Shown here piece by piece: positions 24,883 through 36,533 of a stretch of 64,000 nucleotides of DNA (the first letter of the stretch is position 1; every line of letters starts with the position of its first letter). Origin of the DNA: Euglena gracilis (lineage: Eukaryota); the NCBI GenBank assembly GCA_039621445.1, contig CP154954.1, forward strand, positions 37,061,703 through 37,125,702, written 5' to 3'. The notes under the pieces were generated by a model. The model did no database searches, was not told where the DNA came from, and was given only the letters and a program-made list of their open reading frames with translations. Position numbers and translations under genes: made by a program.

Positions 24883-26868
24883 TGTGTGTGCGCGCGCGAG
24901 CGTTTGCCAAAAACATGCACATCTGCGATCTGCGAACAACATGCACAACTGTTGAGGTAGCATCGGGCACTGGGCAGGCAGGTGGGGGTGGGTGCTGGGC
25001 TGGCATGGGCAGCAGACACGTCGAAGTCGAACTTCATGGTGGAGAGAACCTGAATGTACCGGTGGGCAAAGATGCAAAATAATGAGGGAAAACACACCAT
25101 CAGGCTTCTTTTTAAGACCCCCGGGGGGGGAGGGGGGGGGACCCCCCCACTCACACGGGGTGGCGAGGGACCCCCAGGGGGGGGGGGGGGCGGGGACCCC
25201 CCCAAAATCGGGCCCGTTAAAGGCAATTTTCAAAAATTTTCGGCGCTTCGCGCCGAAAAGGTATACCCAGCGCCTCCGGCGCGGGACCCCCCCGGGGGGG
25301 GGGGGGCCGGCCCGGCCCCCCCCACCCCACCCCCCCCCCCCCCGGGGGGGGGGGGGGTCTGCTGACTTAAAAAGAAGCCTGCACACCATACTGCAATCCA
25401 GTTTCAGAAAAAACCAGTCACCCCTTGCCCCCCGAATGAAAAAAGAACCTACATCGAACAATTGCATGGTGAGGATGAAAAGCAAAATATAATGCCTTTG
25501 GAAACTTCGAATCCATGCGCTCCACCGCCTTCCTTGTTTCCATCCTGCCATTTTTGACTGAAGTCAAGCGCGACACTTCTCTTCGTGTGTGTTCCCGCCA
25601 ATCCAGCAGTGCACACCTGAGCGGTTTGCGGCGAGAGGTGTGCAGAGGTGCTGCTTCGCATATGCCCCTGCGCACGCCCTGCGCCTACCACCCGTGCCTT
25701 CGCTGCCGCCTGCCGGATCCCTTCAGTGACCCCTGCTCATACCATGCCGGGTTCGCCGGGTTGAGGAGGGGGAAAAGCATGCTTCCATTCCACTCCACAG
25801 GGGGGGGGGGAAATGCGCTCGCCCGGCCTCGGAAAAAATGCGCAAAAAAATGCGCAAAAAATGCGCATTTTTGGAAAAAATGCGCAAAAATGTGCAAAAT
25901 CCGAGAAAAAATGCGCAAAAATCACGAAAATGCAAAATTTACCCAAAAACATGCAAAAATGGCACCAAATTTGAAGAAATTATGTAGAATAATGAGGAAA
26001 ATGTAAGTTTCAAAAAAAGTCGAAAATTTCGAATTTTTGCAAAAAATTGCAAAAATGCTCAAAAAATGCGAAATTTTTGGAAAATCACGAAAAAATGTGC
26101 CAAAAAGCAAAAAAATGCGCCAAAAAAAAACGAAAAAATGCGCAAAAAATGCGAAAAAATGCGCAAAAATGCGCATTTTTGGAAAATTTGAAAAAATGCG
26201 CAAAAATGCGAAAAAATGCGAAACGCATTTTCCCCCCCCCTGCACTCCACCATCATATGCCCCCACACGTGTCCATCGCACACATTCGGTGCACACTCCT
26301 GGGGGTGTGGTACAAGCGTCCACGGGTTGGAAGAGGGAAACCCAGCACCGGTGAGCTGCCGGGTGGGAGCAGGGGGCCCTGAGTTGGCGGGTGGGGAACG
26401 GGTGCTCGGTTGGCGATGGCAGCAGCAGCAGCACCATGGCTCCGAGGTGGACTGGAGATGGGGCTGAGTGCCAACCCCCTGCTCACCCCCGCAACCAAGG
26501 GAAAAAAAAAACTGGCAGATGCCTCACCAAAACACCGACCAAAGTTGTCCCCAGCCAGAGGAGAATGCAATGAAAAGATTTCCTGTCAGATTAACCCATT
26601 AATACCTACAAAAGACGTATTCATTATTCTTATTATACTTAATATACTTGCATGTATTCCATTTTTTTCCAGAATTTTTCCTGAAAATCACGACCATTCA
26701 AAAATAATAAAAAAACTCAGTTCACCTGAATTTCTGATCTTCTGTTTTAATGGTGACCACATGTTCTCGTAACCCAGAATGTTTGCACGTGCGCGCGCAT
26801 TGTCCCGGACCATATTGTATTGCCGGGGGAGCAGGGTGCAGTGGCCGCCCGCGTGCTGAGAGGTCGAC
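22737..26868 (-). CDS. Putative 3' part of a multi-exon gene (low-complexity hypothetical protein), unit A
   Basis: Exons 26868-26847, 26420-26385, 25718-25689, 25544-25506, 25049-25020, 24785-24695, 22816-22737 join in frame: ..STSQHAG AIANRAPVPHPP IRQAAAKARV DGNKEGGGAHGFE VLSTMKFDFD LGMLPRSTEGSGNHRSAEAAATGAQEQQRLQPRRSRWQSGGGGRAGAACAQPRRRR*. Three GT-AG introns plus stem-bounded introns (25719-26384: 13/15 paired; 22817-24694: CTGGCGTCCCC/GGGGTCGCCAG). The first junction is ambiguous. A possible upstream exon lies near 31559-31650. Confidence 0.5.
24849..24890. repeat. (TG)n microsatellite
   Basis: Seen directly. Confidence 0.95.
25101..25381. mobile_element. hAT-like MITE family E
   Basis: 16-bp TIR caggcttctttttaag/cttaaaaagaagcctg; perfect TSD cacaccat. 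Confidence 0.9.
25798..26242. mobile_element. hAT-like MITE with internal aaaaatgcgc repeats
   Basis: cag(g)n-aaatgcg...cgcatttt(c)n-tg; flanking direct repeat cactcca(c). Confidence 0.75.
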
Positions 26869-29101
26869 CTGAAAATGCGGGGCAATCACCCACCCCTCAA
26901 TTATGATACTCAGGCTGCAGCCCAAACCCCCCCACCAAAAGCAAGGGTCCAGACCCCCCCCCAGTCGTTGATTTGGGGGTGTACTGTTGTACTGGACACA
27001 ACCCTGTCGAGCATTCTTCTCAAGGGCACCGATTTTTTTGGTCAAAAATTTCCTTCCGCACTGGTGGCACCAATGGTGCTGTGATGGGGGGGTCGACCCC
27101 TGGTCTTAAAAGGAATCCATGAAATTCAGGGAGTGGAGTTCCATTCAAACCCTGCAGGTTTTGCTTTGCTGTGTGCTGGTCTGGGGGCAGCTTTTGGTGC
27201 AATTAAAAAAAAAGTGGTAAAAAGAGGTAATTGTCCTCATTTCATGTGGATTCACTCAATCAATTGTTTGCACCGGGGTTCAACAAAAAGCCTTCGGGGG
27301 CGGGGGGGGGGAGGGGGGAAGTTTGGGGGTTTGCATTTGGGGTGGGGAACAACTGAAAGCAAAGAAAATAAAAACAACTAACAAACCGCTAGGCGACTTG
27401 TGGGTGTTGTGGGGATTGCAGCCCTCGCCAAATGAGGGCTGGCCCAACATGCATTATTGCAAATTTATTTTTATAAAACCATTGTGAGTGTGATGATAAT
27501 GATGATGGGGGTTGAGCAGCAGTGGTTCTGATATTCATGGGGGTTTTGGGGGGTGGGGAGCCCAGCTGACCTGGTCCCGGGGGCTGGTGGGACGTTTTGG
27601 CACACACCATGCCCCAATTGATTCAAAAAATGTCAAATTTTGGGGGGGATACAGCTGCTCAACCCCCCGAATTGCAAAATTTTGACAATTTCCAGCTGTT
27701 GAGGGGGGGGGGGGGCGGGGGCGTGGTTTTCAAAGCCAGATTGAATGCGAGGAAATGCGGGGTGCCAAAACGTGCCACCAGCCCCCGGACTGGGTCCCTG
27801 ACAGTAACCCTAACCCTGTTCCTTCACGAACCAAAAACCCTGCCGTTTTGACCGTACTGTTTGGGGGGGAGGGGTGGCGGTGGCACAGACGGTCCCAAAT
27901 CGCACAAAAAAAAGCAAAATTTTGTGATTGTGGGGTGGTGACCAGCAGCGGCTCAGGTGATTCTGGGGTTTTTGGGGGTGGGAATCACGCCCCCACGCCC
28001 CCCCCCTGTTAACACCCAAATTCTGCTATATGACAAGTGACAATTCTGCTATATAGGGGGTGTTGAGCAGCAGTGGTTCTGATATTCATGGGGGTTTTGG
28101 GGGGTGGGGAACCCAGCTGATCTGGTCCCGGGGGTTGGAGGCATGTTTTGGCACACCCCATGCCCCGGTTAACACCCAAAAATTGTCAAAATTTCGGGGG
28201 GAGGATACAGCTGCTCAACCCTCGAATTGCAAAATTTTGACAATTTTCAACCGTTGACCTCGTGCTTTCCCTTGCTGAATCAAATGCACGTTTGATGCTG
28301 TCACTTTAGACCTCGTGAGAGACATCACCTTTACAACAATCATCATCCAAATCTTTGTTATCATCTTCCAAATCGTTTCAAAGTCAGGTTCCATCCAAAG
28401 CGTGGTAATTGCTCAATCTCAATGCATTGCCATATCTTGCAATTGAATCTGCAGAAGGTGCGTAAGGAAGCGTCACATGCACAGGGGATGGTTCGGGTCA
28501 CGGGGGAACACCACATTTTCCGTTGCCAAATTCACCGAACCCAAGGTATTTTCCCATAAATTCGGAATACCCGCTCTCGAAAGTTGGTTTTGAAACCAAA
28601 TTAGGAACCGGCTGGGAAAGATGTGCTGCTCCACCAAAGGGGTGGCAGGAATGATCAATTTCCCGCCAAAGCAGGGACCAAGCGAATAACCGCGATTAAC
28701 TGGGGGTCCCAGATTGATTTACCAGACATCTCATTTTTGGGGCAAGGTTGCCACAATCCCAAGAATTGGGGGGTGCCAGAAAGTGCCACCTGTCTGTCCC
28801 CGGGAGCAGCAGGGGTTCTGGTATTAATGGGGTTTTTGGGGGGTGGGGAACCCAGCTGACCTGGTCCCGGGGGCAGGTGGCACATTTTGGCACACACCAC
28901 GCCCCGACTAACGCCCAAAAAATGTCAAAATTCTGCCATTCGGGGGGGGGGGGGAATACAACTGCTCAACCCCCCGAATGCAGGAATTTGACAATTTTGG
29001 GGTCTTAATCGGGGCGTGGGGGCGTGATTTTCAGGGCCAGATTGCATCAACGGCCAGAAAAGGGGTTGCTAATAAGTGCGACCAGCCTCCCGGACCAGGT
29101 C

Positions 29102-29597
29102 GGTACTTGTCTGTTAGTCGATCCACGGCAAAACAGGTCGATCCACACCATTTTTGGCCGACTTTGGGTCACTGATGGACAGGGAAACACAAAACAGGGT
29201 CAGAAGATACGGCTGGTGTCAACACAGGGTCAAGAGAATTTGTGGAGCTGCGAGTACCAACCCCAACCTTATCCCTGACCCTATCCCTAACCCTAAACAA
29301 CCCTAACCATATCCCTATCTCTATCCCAAACCGTTCACCTAACTCTAACTCTAACTCTGTCACTATCCCTAACCCTAACCCTGTCCCTAACCCTATCCCT
29401 AACCCTATCTAAACCGTATCCCTAAACCATAATCCCAACCCAACCCTAACCCAATCCCTAACCCTAACCCGAACCCTGTGGGTATGTCAATCCCACCACA
29501 GTGGGCACGTCATCATTGGCGGATTCCTAACCGTAATTGGTGAGGATCGACTAACAGACTTGATGCACTGCCGTGGATCGACTAACAGACAAGTGCC
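29102..29597. mobile_element. Independent family A Merlin-like MITE insertion
   Basis: ggtacttgtctgttagtcgatccacggca...gatcgactaacagacaagtgcc; perfect 8-bp TSD accaggtc; internal degenerate (ccctaa)n at 29260-29477. Confidence 0.85.
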
Positions 29598-30225
29598 ACC
29601 AGGTCAGCTGGGTTCCTGGGCCCAGAAACCCAATTATCACCGGAACAACTCCTGCTCAACACCCCCCAAATGACGAAATTGTGGCAATTTTTCGGTGCAA
29701 ATTTCGGGCGGCTTTTCTTGGAACGCGTGCCTCAAACTTGAAAATCCAGTATGTCATCCAGTTCACCGATTTGCCGCTTTCATTTTGCATCACCCAACAC
29801 CTTTTTCAATTGTCCCCACCGAGGGCTGTTTCAACAGCTTTGTGTCACATTTCACAAGATTTTGATTCCCATCGATTGGCAAAAATAATGAACCCCATAA
29901 TAAAACGGGGTTCAAAAAAACCCGTTACAAACAAAATTGGCTGTTGTTTTCAATTTTCGACAAACCTCATGCTTTCCCTTGCTGAATCAAATACACTTTT
30001 GATACTGTCATTTTGAGAGACATCACCTTCATAATCATCCATCATCCAAATCTTCCAAATTGTTTCAAAGTCAGGTTCCATCCAAAGCGTGGTAATTGCA
30101 ATCTCGATGCATTGTCATTTCTTGCAATTGAACCTGCAGAAGGTGCAGAAGGAAGCGTCACATGCACAGGGGGTGGTTCAGGTCACGGGGGAACACCACA
30201 TTTTCCGTTGCCAAATTCACCGAAC

Positions 30226-30525
30226 CAGGCTTGTGCTGAGTCGGGTGCCTACCCAACGGAGGGGGGGGGTAGGCACCCCATAGCACCCGATCCGACCCCC
30301 CCCCGGGGGGATGGGGTTTTGGGGGGGGTGCCTGCCCATAGCAGGCACCCCCCTCCAACCCTGGCACCGAAGGCGCCGGGGCCCGGAAAAGGCCATTTTC
30401 AATGAAAATTTTCTTGCCCCCCCCCCGGACCCCTACCCCCCCAGGGGGGGATGTGCCTGCTAGGGGCAGGCACCCTATGGCACCCACCCACCACCCTCCC
30501 CCGCCGGTCGGTCAGCACAAGCATG
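30226..30525. mobile_element. hAT-like MITE
   Basis: TIR caggcttgtgctga/tcagcacaagcatg; perfect TSD caccgaac; empty site at 28533; related inverted copy ~50378-50663. Confidence 0.85.
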
Positions 30526-31026
30526 CACCGAACCCAAGATATGAAAAAAAGTCGGTTTTGACACCAAATTAGGAACCGGTTGGGAAAGAGGTGCTGCCTC
30601 ACCCAGGGGGTGGCAGGGATGATCAATTAACTGCCAAAGCACCAGATTGATTAGCCGAACTTCTCATTTTCAGGGCCTGATTGCCTCAATGCCAGGAAAT
30701 GGGGTGTGCCAAAAAGTGCGACCACCCCCCTGGGACCAGGTCGGCTTGGTTTCCCGCCCCCAGAAACCCCTTTATCGTCAGAACCGCTGCTGGTAAACAC
30801 CCCCGAATAGCGAAATTTTGCAAAAATTTGGCAATTTTCGGTGTAAATCGGGGCGTGGGCGCATGAATTTCGAAAAATACATCTCTGCGCATTTCTCACG
30901 TTGCTGTGACTCCACATAACAATCCTTAGAGATTGCATGTCAATAAAACGTTAAAAAAAACAAACCACGGGCCGTGACAGTTTTGGGGTTCCTGCAATTG
31001 CTGTGGCCCAAGGGGGGGTATAAGTA

Positions 31027-31403
31027 CCTCCCCCCCCTTGTCTAAGCACCGGAAAAGATGGGTAAGAACCGGGGGGGTGGTGCCTATTTTGCCAAAATAT
31101 GGGTAAGAACCAGGGGGGTGGTGCTTAGACAAGGGGGAAAATTTTGAATGCAAAAAAAAAGGAAAAATTCCCCTTATTTTGGAGGCCCACTTTTGAACTT
31201 ACACGCATTTGGATGCAGAAATCAACAATACCTCACCAAATCAGGTCTCAGAAGTTGCATAAATTTCGAAATTTTTGAGAAATTTCCCTTAAAAATGCAC
31301 ACAAAATAAACCTCTCCGTGACGATGACCTTTAAAAAGATGGGTAAGAACCGGGGGGGTGGTGCTTAGACAAGGGTGGTGCTTAGACAAGGGGGGGGGGG
31401 AGG
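31027..31403. mobile_element. TA-flanked Stowaway-like MITE
   Basis: TA|cct(c)n-ttgtctaagcacc...ggtgcttagacaa(g)n-agg|TA. Confidence 0.8.
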
Positions 31404-32041
31404 TATGGGGGGGGGGGGGGTAGATTTAATGATCATGTGCAGCGGTGTTAATTATTCACGGCGTTGCAGCGTCTCCGACAGAGATATCAGCTGTAACTCC
31501 CAAAATGGAGAGAGACCTGTGCAGAAAAAAAAAACAACGCAGCCGAAAGGGGGTATGCCTGTGTCTCGGGAGAATGGATGGCACGGATGAAGACCAGGGC
31601 CTCCAGGATCTGTTGAAGGACACGATTGCTTCCACATTGTTGACAAATGCCTGAGAGAAACAGGTAAAAGGAGTCCTGGGCTGGAGCTAGGTTAAACCAG
31701 TGGTCGAGCCGAGGATCAAAAAAATCAATTTTTTTGTGATTTTGAAATTGCAAAAAAATATAAAAAAACTGACAAAAAATATGATTTTTTTTGTCAAATC
31801 CAAAAAAATCGATTTTTTTTGACCCCGAAACCCCCCCTAAAAGACGATAACGACATACATCTCTCGCCGGGGAAGAAAACTTTCTGGTAATTTTGAGAGG
31901 GGTTTCCGGACCCCCCCTTCACCCCGAGGGGGGGTTGGGGACGACTGCCACTGTGCAAAACCAAACAATCACTTGGCACCCTGGGGTTGGATGGATGCAG
32001 GCACTGCACCGGCTTTTGGGCAGCGCCACACCTTCAGGTCT

Positions 32042-35000
32042 TCAGGCGCGCGGGGGCAACGCCATGGGCACGGCGGGCTCCTTCACGCGCTGCGCTGCGC
32101 TGCAGGCCAGCGACGTCCCGACGCGCGGCGGCCCCGAGCTGCGGGGTCGGGAGGGCCCTGCGGCCCGCTTCGGCCACTGCGGCAGCCGGCGGTGGCGCCG
32201 CTGCCGCCTGGCGACCCCCGATGGATGTCCCACGGAACACAACACCGCACAAAAACCTCAACAAAACGGGGTGAATGACGTCCGGCAAACCCGTCTAACC
32301 TTCAGGGGGGAAGTCGGTTGCTCCGAAAAAACAACAAAAAGCAGGCAACACACAAACCACCACATGACCAGTGCTGCCAGTTGTGGCCCAACACTGACCA
32401 CCACCAAACATCAGCAGGGTCATCAGGATGGGTCGGGTCTGTCGCACAATAATGCAACTGCTGGCCAGGCACTTGTAACCTGCCCTGAAATTTGTTCACC
32501 ACCCGTTTGAACCTGCTCACCGAGGAGAGCTATTGCTTTGGTTGCGTGGCTTGTGATTGCTGCGCATTGGCAACCTGCTTGCTTGCTTCGGCCGCGCCGG
32601 CAGCTAGTTGCTCGCTTCGGCCGCACTCGCAGCCATTTGCCGCACCAGCGGCCATTTGCTTGCTTCGGCCACGCCGGCGGCCATTTGCTTGCTTCGGCCA
32701 CGCCGGCGGCCATTTGCTTGCTTCGGCCACGCCAGCGGCCATTTGCTTGCTTCGGCCACGCCGGCGGCCATTTGCTTGCTTCGGTCACACCAGCAGCCAT
32801 TTGCTTGCTTCGGCCGCACTCGCAGCCATTTGCTTGCTTCGGCCACGCCGGCGGCCATTTGCTTGCTTCGGCCACGCCGGCGGCCATTTGCTTGCTTCGG
32901 CCACGCCGGCGGCCATTTGCTTGCTTCGGCCACGCCGGCGGCCATTTGCTTGCTTCGGCCACGCCGGCGGCCATTTGCTTGCTTCGGCCACGCCGGCGGC
33001 CATTTGCCGGCGGCCCTTGCTTGCTTCGGCCACGCCGGCGGCCATTTGCTTGCTTCGGCCACGCCGGCGGCCATTTGCTTGCTTCGGCCACGCCGGCGGC
33101 CATTTGCTTGCTTCGGCCACGCCGGCGGCCATTTGCTTGCTTCGGCCGCACTCGCAGCCATTTGCTTGCTTCGGCCGCACTCGCAGCCATTTGCTTGCTT
33201 CGGCCACGCCGGCCATTTGCTTGCTTCGGCCACGCCAGCGGCCATTTGCTTGCTTCGGCCACGCCGGCGGCCATTTGCTTGCTTCGGCCACGCCGGCGGC
33301 CATTTGCTTGCTTCGGCCACGCCGGCGGCCATTTGCTTGCTTCGGTCACACCAGCAGCCATTTGCTTGCTTCGGCCGCACTCGCAGCCATTTGCTTGCTT
33401 CGGCCGCACTCGCAGCCATTTGCTTGCTTCGGCCACGCCGGCGGCCATTTGCTTGCTTTGGCCACGCCGGCGGCCATTTGCTTGCTTCGGCCACGCCGGC
33501 GGCCATTTGCTTGCTTCGGCCACGCCAGCGGCCATTTGCTTGCTTCGGCCACGCCGGCGGCCATTTGCTCGCTTCGGCTGCACCCGCCATTTGCTTGCTT
33601 TGGCTCCGGCAGCCATTTGTTCACCAGCCGTTTAAACCTGCTCACCAAGGAGGGCAATTGCGTTGGTTGCGTGGCTTGTGGCTTGTGGCTTTGGCAGCCT
33701 GCTTGCTCGGTTTGGCTGCGCCGGCGGCCATTTGCTTCCTTCGGACGCGCCTGCGGCCATTTGCTTGCTTCGGCCACGCCGGCGGCCATTTGCTTGCTTT
33801 GGCCACGCCGGCGGCCATTTGCTTGCTTCGGCCACGCCGGCGGCCATTTGCTTGCTTCGGCCACGCCAGCGGCCATTTGCTTGCTTCGGCCACGCCGGCG
33901 GCCATTTGCTCGCTTCGGCTGCACCCGCCATTTGCTTGCTTTGGCTCCGGCAGCCATTTGTTCACCAGCCGTTTAAACCTGCTCACCAAGGAGGGCAATT
34001 GCGTTGGTTGCGTGGCTTGTGGCTTGTGGCTTTGGCAGCCTGCTTGCTCGGTTTGGCTGCGCCGGCGGCCATTTGCTTCCTTCGGACGCGCCTGCGGCCA
34101 TTTGCTTGCTTCGGCCACGACAGCGGCCATTTGCCTACTTCGGCCGCGCCAGCAGCCACTTGCTTGCTTCGGCGACGCTGGACTTGCCACCTGCCTTGGT
34201 CCTACAACTACAACTGAGGTTTCCAGCCACCTTGGGCCAAAAGGTTAGAAGTGCCTGGCCGGGACATCATACGTCTGGTGGTGGCAGTATGTGGGCCCAT
34301 TGGCACCCTGGCAAAAGTCGCAAAAAAAAGCCCCAGGCTGAAACTCTGGAAAATGCTGGAACGTCAGTGCCAAAAATTTGGGGGAAAACAAACAGTGTCA
34401 GGAAAACAAAGATATGAAAGCAAACAAAAGAAAAAATGCAGAAATTAAAAAGTTGCACATGGTGCCGGGGGTGATGGGAGGCAGTGCCAGGGGTGGGGGG
34501 GATGGTGCTCGAAAAAAAATTTGAAAAAATTGTGCAAGGAAAAATTTGGTGATTTCCTCCCAAAACAGTGGCAAAATACCATTTTGGAAGAAGCCGCCAA
34601 ATTATTACTTTGGCGGGATTTCGCAAACCCATTCCTTCCACGCCACTTTCACCAATTTTCGCCGCCTGTCGGTGTCAAAAAAAAAAACTTGCCTGTCATC
34701 ACACCTTCGTGCTTACCCCTCTGTGACGCACGCAAAACACCCAACCGAGCTGGATCCCTGGAAGCTGGAGAGGCAATTCTACCCCATTCTTTGCGCAAGC
34801 TTCGCGGGATCGCCAGCTTTGCAGGCGATGGGACTGCTGACGCTGCCGCTGCTGCTGCCACTGCCCCGCCACTTCAGCCCACTGCCCCCCCGCTCACCAC
34901 AAACCAGGCAAACAAACACTGGTGTGGGAGTGTGAAGAGTGATTTCTGAACGCGCAAATGTTCTCAGAACCAGAATATGTGTGCGTCTGTGTGCGCACGT

Positions 35001-36533
35001 GCAAATGATGGCGCAAAACGCTATGCCTGTGCCATCACCGACCAATGTGCCCAACACCATTTTTTTTTCTGGATCCTCGGGGTGCTGGGTTGGTGGCGGG
35101 GTGCTGTGGCCGCCAGCGTCGCGAGAGGCCGACCTGAAAAGGAGGATTAACAAATGAAACGGCGGGGTGGACGAACCCAACCAGGGGGAGGGGACAAACG
35201 AGAGGCCTCCATTCCAGAATGTAGGCCACAGACCAGGGGGGACATGCACCAAGGTGCCTCAGGATATGTGAAGGCCAAAAAATGCAAAAAAAATGCAAAA
35301 AAATGTGAATAGCACCCTGTACTGTACACTTTTCTGCTGGAGAAGACAGAAAATTGTTGGCCTTTTCAAATGAATCCTTTTGCACTTTGCAGCAGTATTT
35401 GTTATGGAACATGGAACATTTTTGGACAATTATTTGCACTCTTCTCTGACAAAACGCATTAGAGCTGGGAAAAAAGTGCCTTCAAAAAAAATGCCCGAAA
35501 AGGGGGGGAACAGTGAAAATGCCAAGAAATGTATGTACAACTTTCTGTTGTCTGGTGATGAAGCAATTTGCCTGCGCATTGTTGCCCCAAAAAATATCAG
35601 CAAAAAAAGCATCTCCAAAAATGCAAAAAAAAGACGATTTGCAAATTTTATATTACCCGCCCCCCCCCAGGCAATTGTCGCGCGACAAATCGGGCAGCAC
35701 GGAGGGGGATTGACAATTTCCCGGGGTGACAATTTGTCCGGCACAGAGGGGGGTAACAATTGCCCGGGGGCGTCAATTGCCCGGGGGTGTCAATTGCCCG
35801 GGGGCGTCAATTGCCCACCCATGTGGGCCACATTAAATCCAAATGACCAAGAACACCATCTGAAACACCAGTGAACATGTAAAAATGCAGCTATGGTTGC
35901 GATATTGTGCATAGCATTTGGTGTGTGACACTTCTCAGCACGTTGTAGCGAAATAGAGGTTCAATCGAGTTGTGTCAGCGAAAAGAAAAAAAAAAAAAAA
36001 AAAAAAAACCCCCCCCCCCCCCCCACCCCCCCCCGCCCCGCCCCCCCGCTCCCCTCCCCCCCCCCACCACCCTCCCCGCGCCCCACAGAAAAATTCACAA
36101 ACATCTTCTGTGGGGGTGACAAATCGGAGGGGGGTGACAATTTCCTGGGGTGACAAATTGGCCGGCACAGCCAGGGGTGACAATTGCCCGGGGGCGTCAA
36201 TTGCCCGGGGGCGTCAATTCCCGGGGGGGGGGGGGGGGGGGCAGGTATCAAGAAATGAAACATATGCAAAAAATGCAAAATCACAAATCTATGCGAAAAG
36301 CAAATTGCAACTTGAATATCCCCCCGGAGGCTGCGAACCCTTGAGCAGAAGCCTGCTCCCTGTGGGTGGGGTAATGCCAGGCGGCCTTGCGTTCAATGCA
36401 CAAGGTACCTGACGGACAGGCCGGCCAGTGGTGGTTGGCGTTGCGGGGGCTGGGGGGTGGCCGGGGACTGGGGGCGCTGCCCGCACCCGCACCCGCACCC
36501 GCCGCGCAGACCGCCGCCGCTGCCGGCCGCAGC
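32042..36533 (-). CDS. Putative 3' part of a multi-exon gene, unit B (apparent paralogue of unit A)
   Basis: Exons 36533-36409, 35133-35112, 34853-34820, 32202-32042 join in frame: AAAGSGGGLRGGCGCGCGQRPQSPATPQPPQRQPPLAGLSVR SASRDAG SSGSVSSPIACK RRHRRLPQWPKRAAGP...MALPPRA*. One GT-AG intron (gtacct...ttttcag) and two stem-bounded introns. The frame was chosen by consistency with unit A. A further acceptor-preceded exon candidate starts at 38622. Confidence 0.4.
32575..34170 (+). repeat. 29-bp GC-rich minisatellite with a 341-bp higher-order duplication
   Basis: Unit gccatttgcttgcttcggccacgccggcg; the spacer block ttcaccagccgtttaaacctgctc recurs at 33620 and 33961. Confidence 0.95.
35656..36245. 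mobile_element. TA-flanked MITE with caattgcccggggg repeats
   Basis: TA|cccgcccccccc...ggggggggcagg|TA; internal duplicated repeat blocks. Confidence 0.55.

Noticed and set aside
32423-34248. ORFs of up to 546 aa in multiple frames on both strands
   Set aside because: Artefact of a stop-free 29-bp unit
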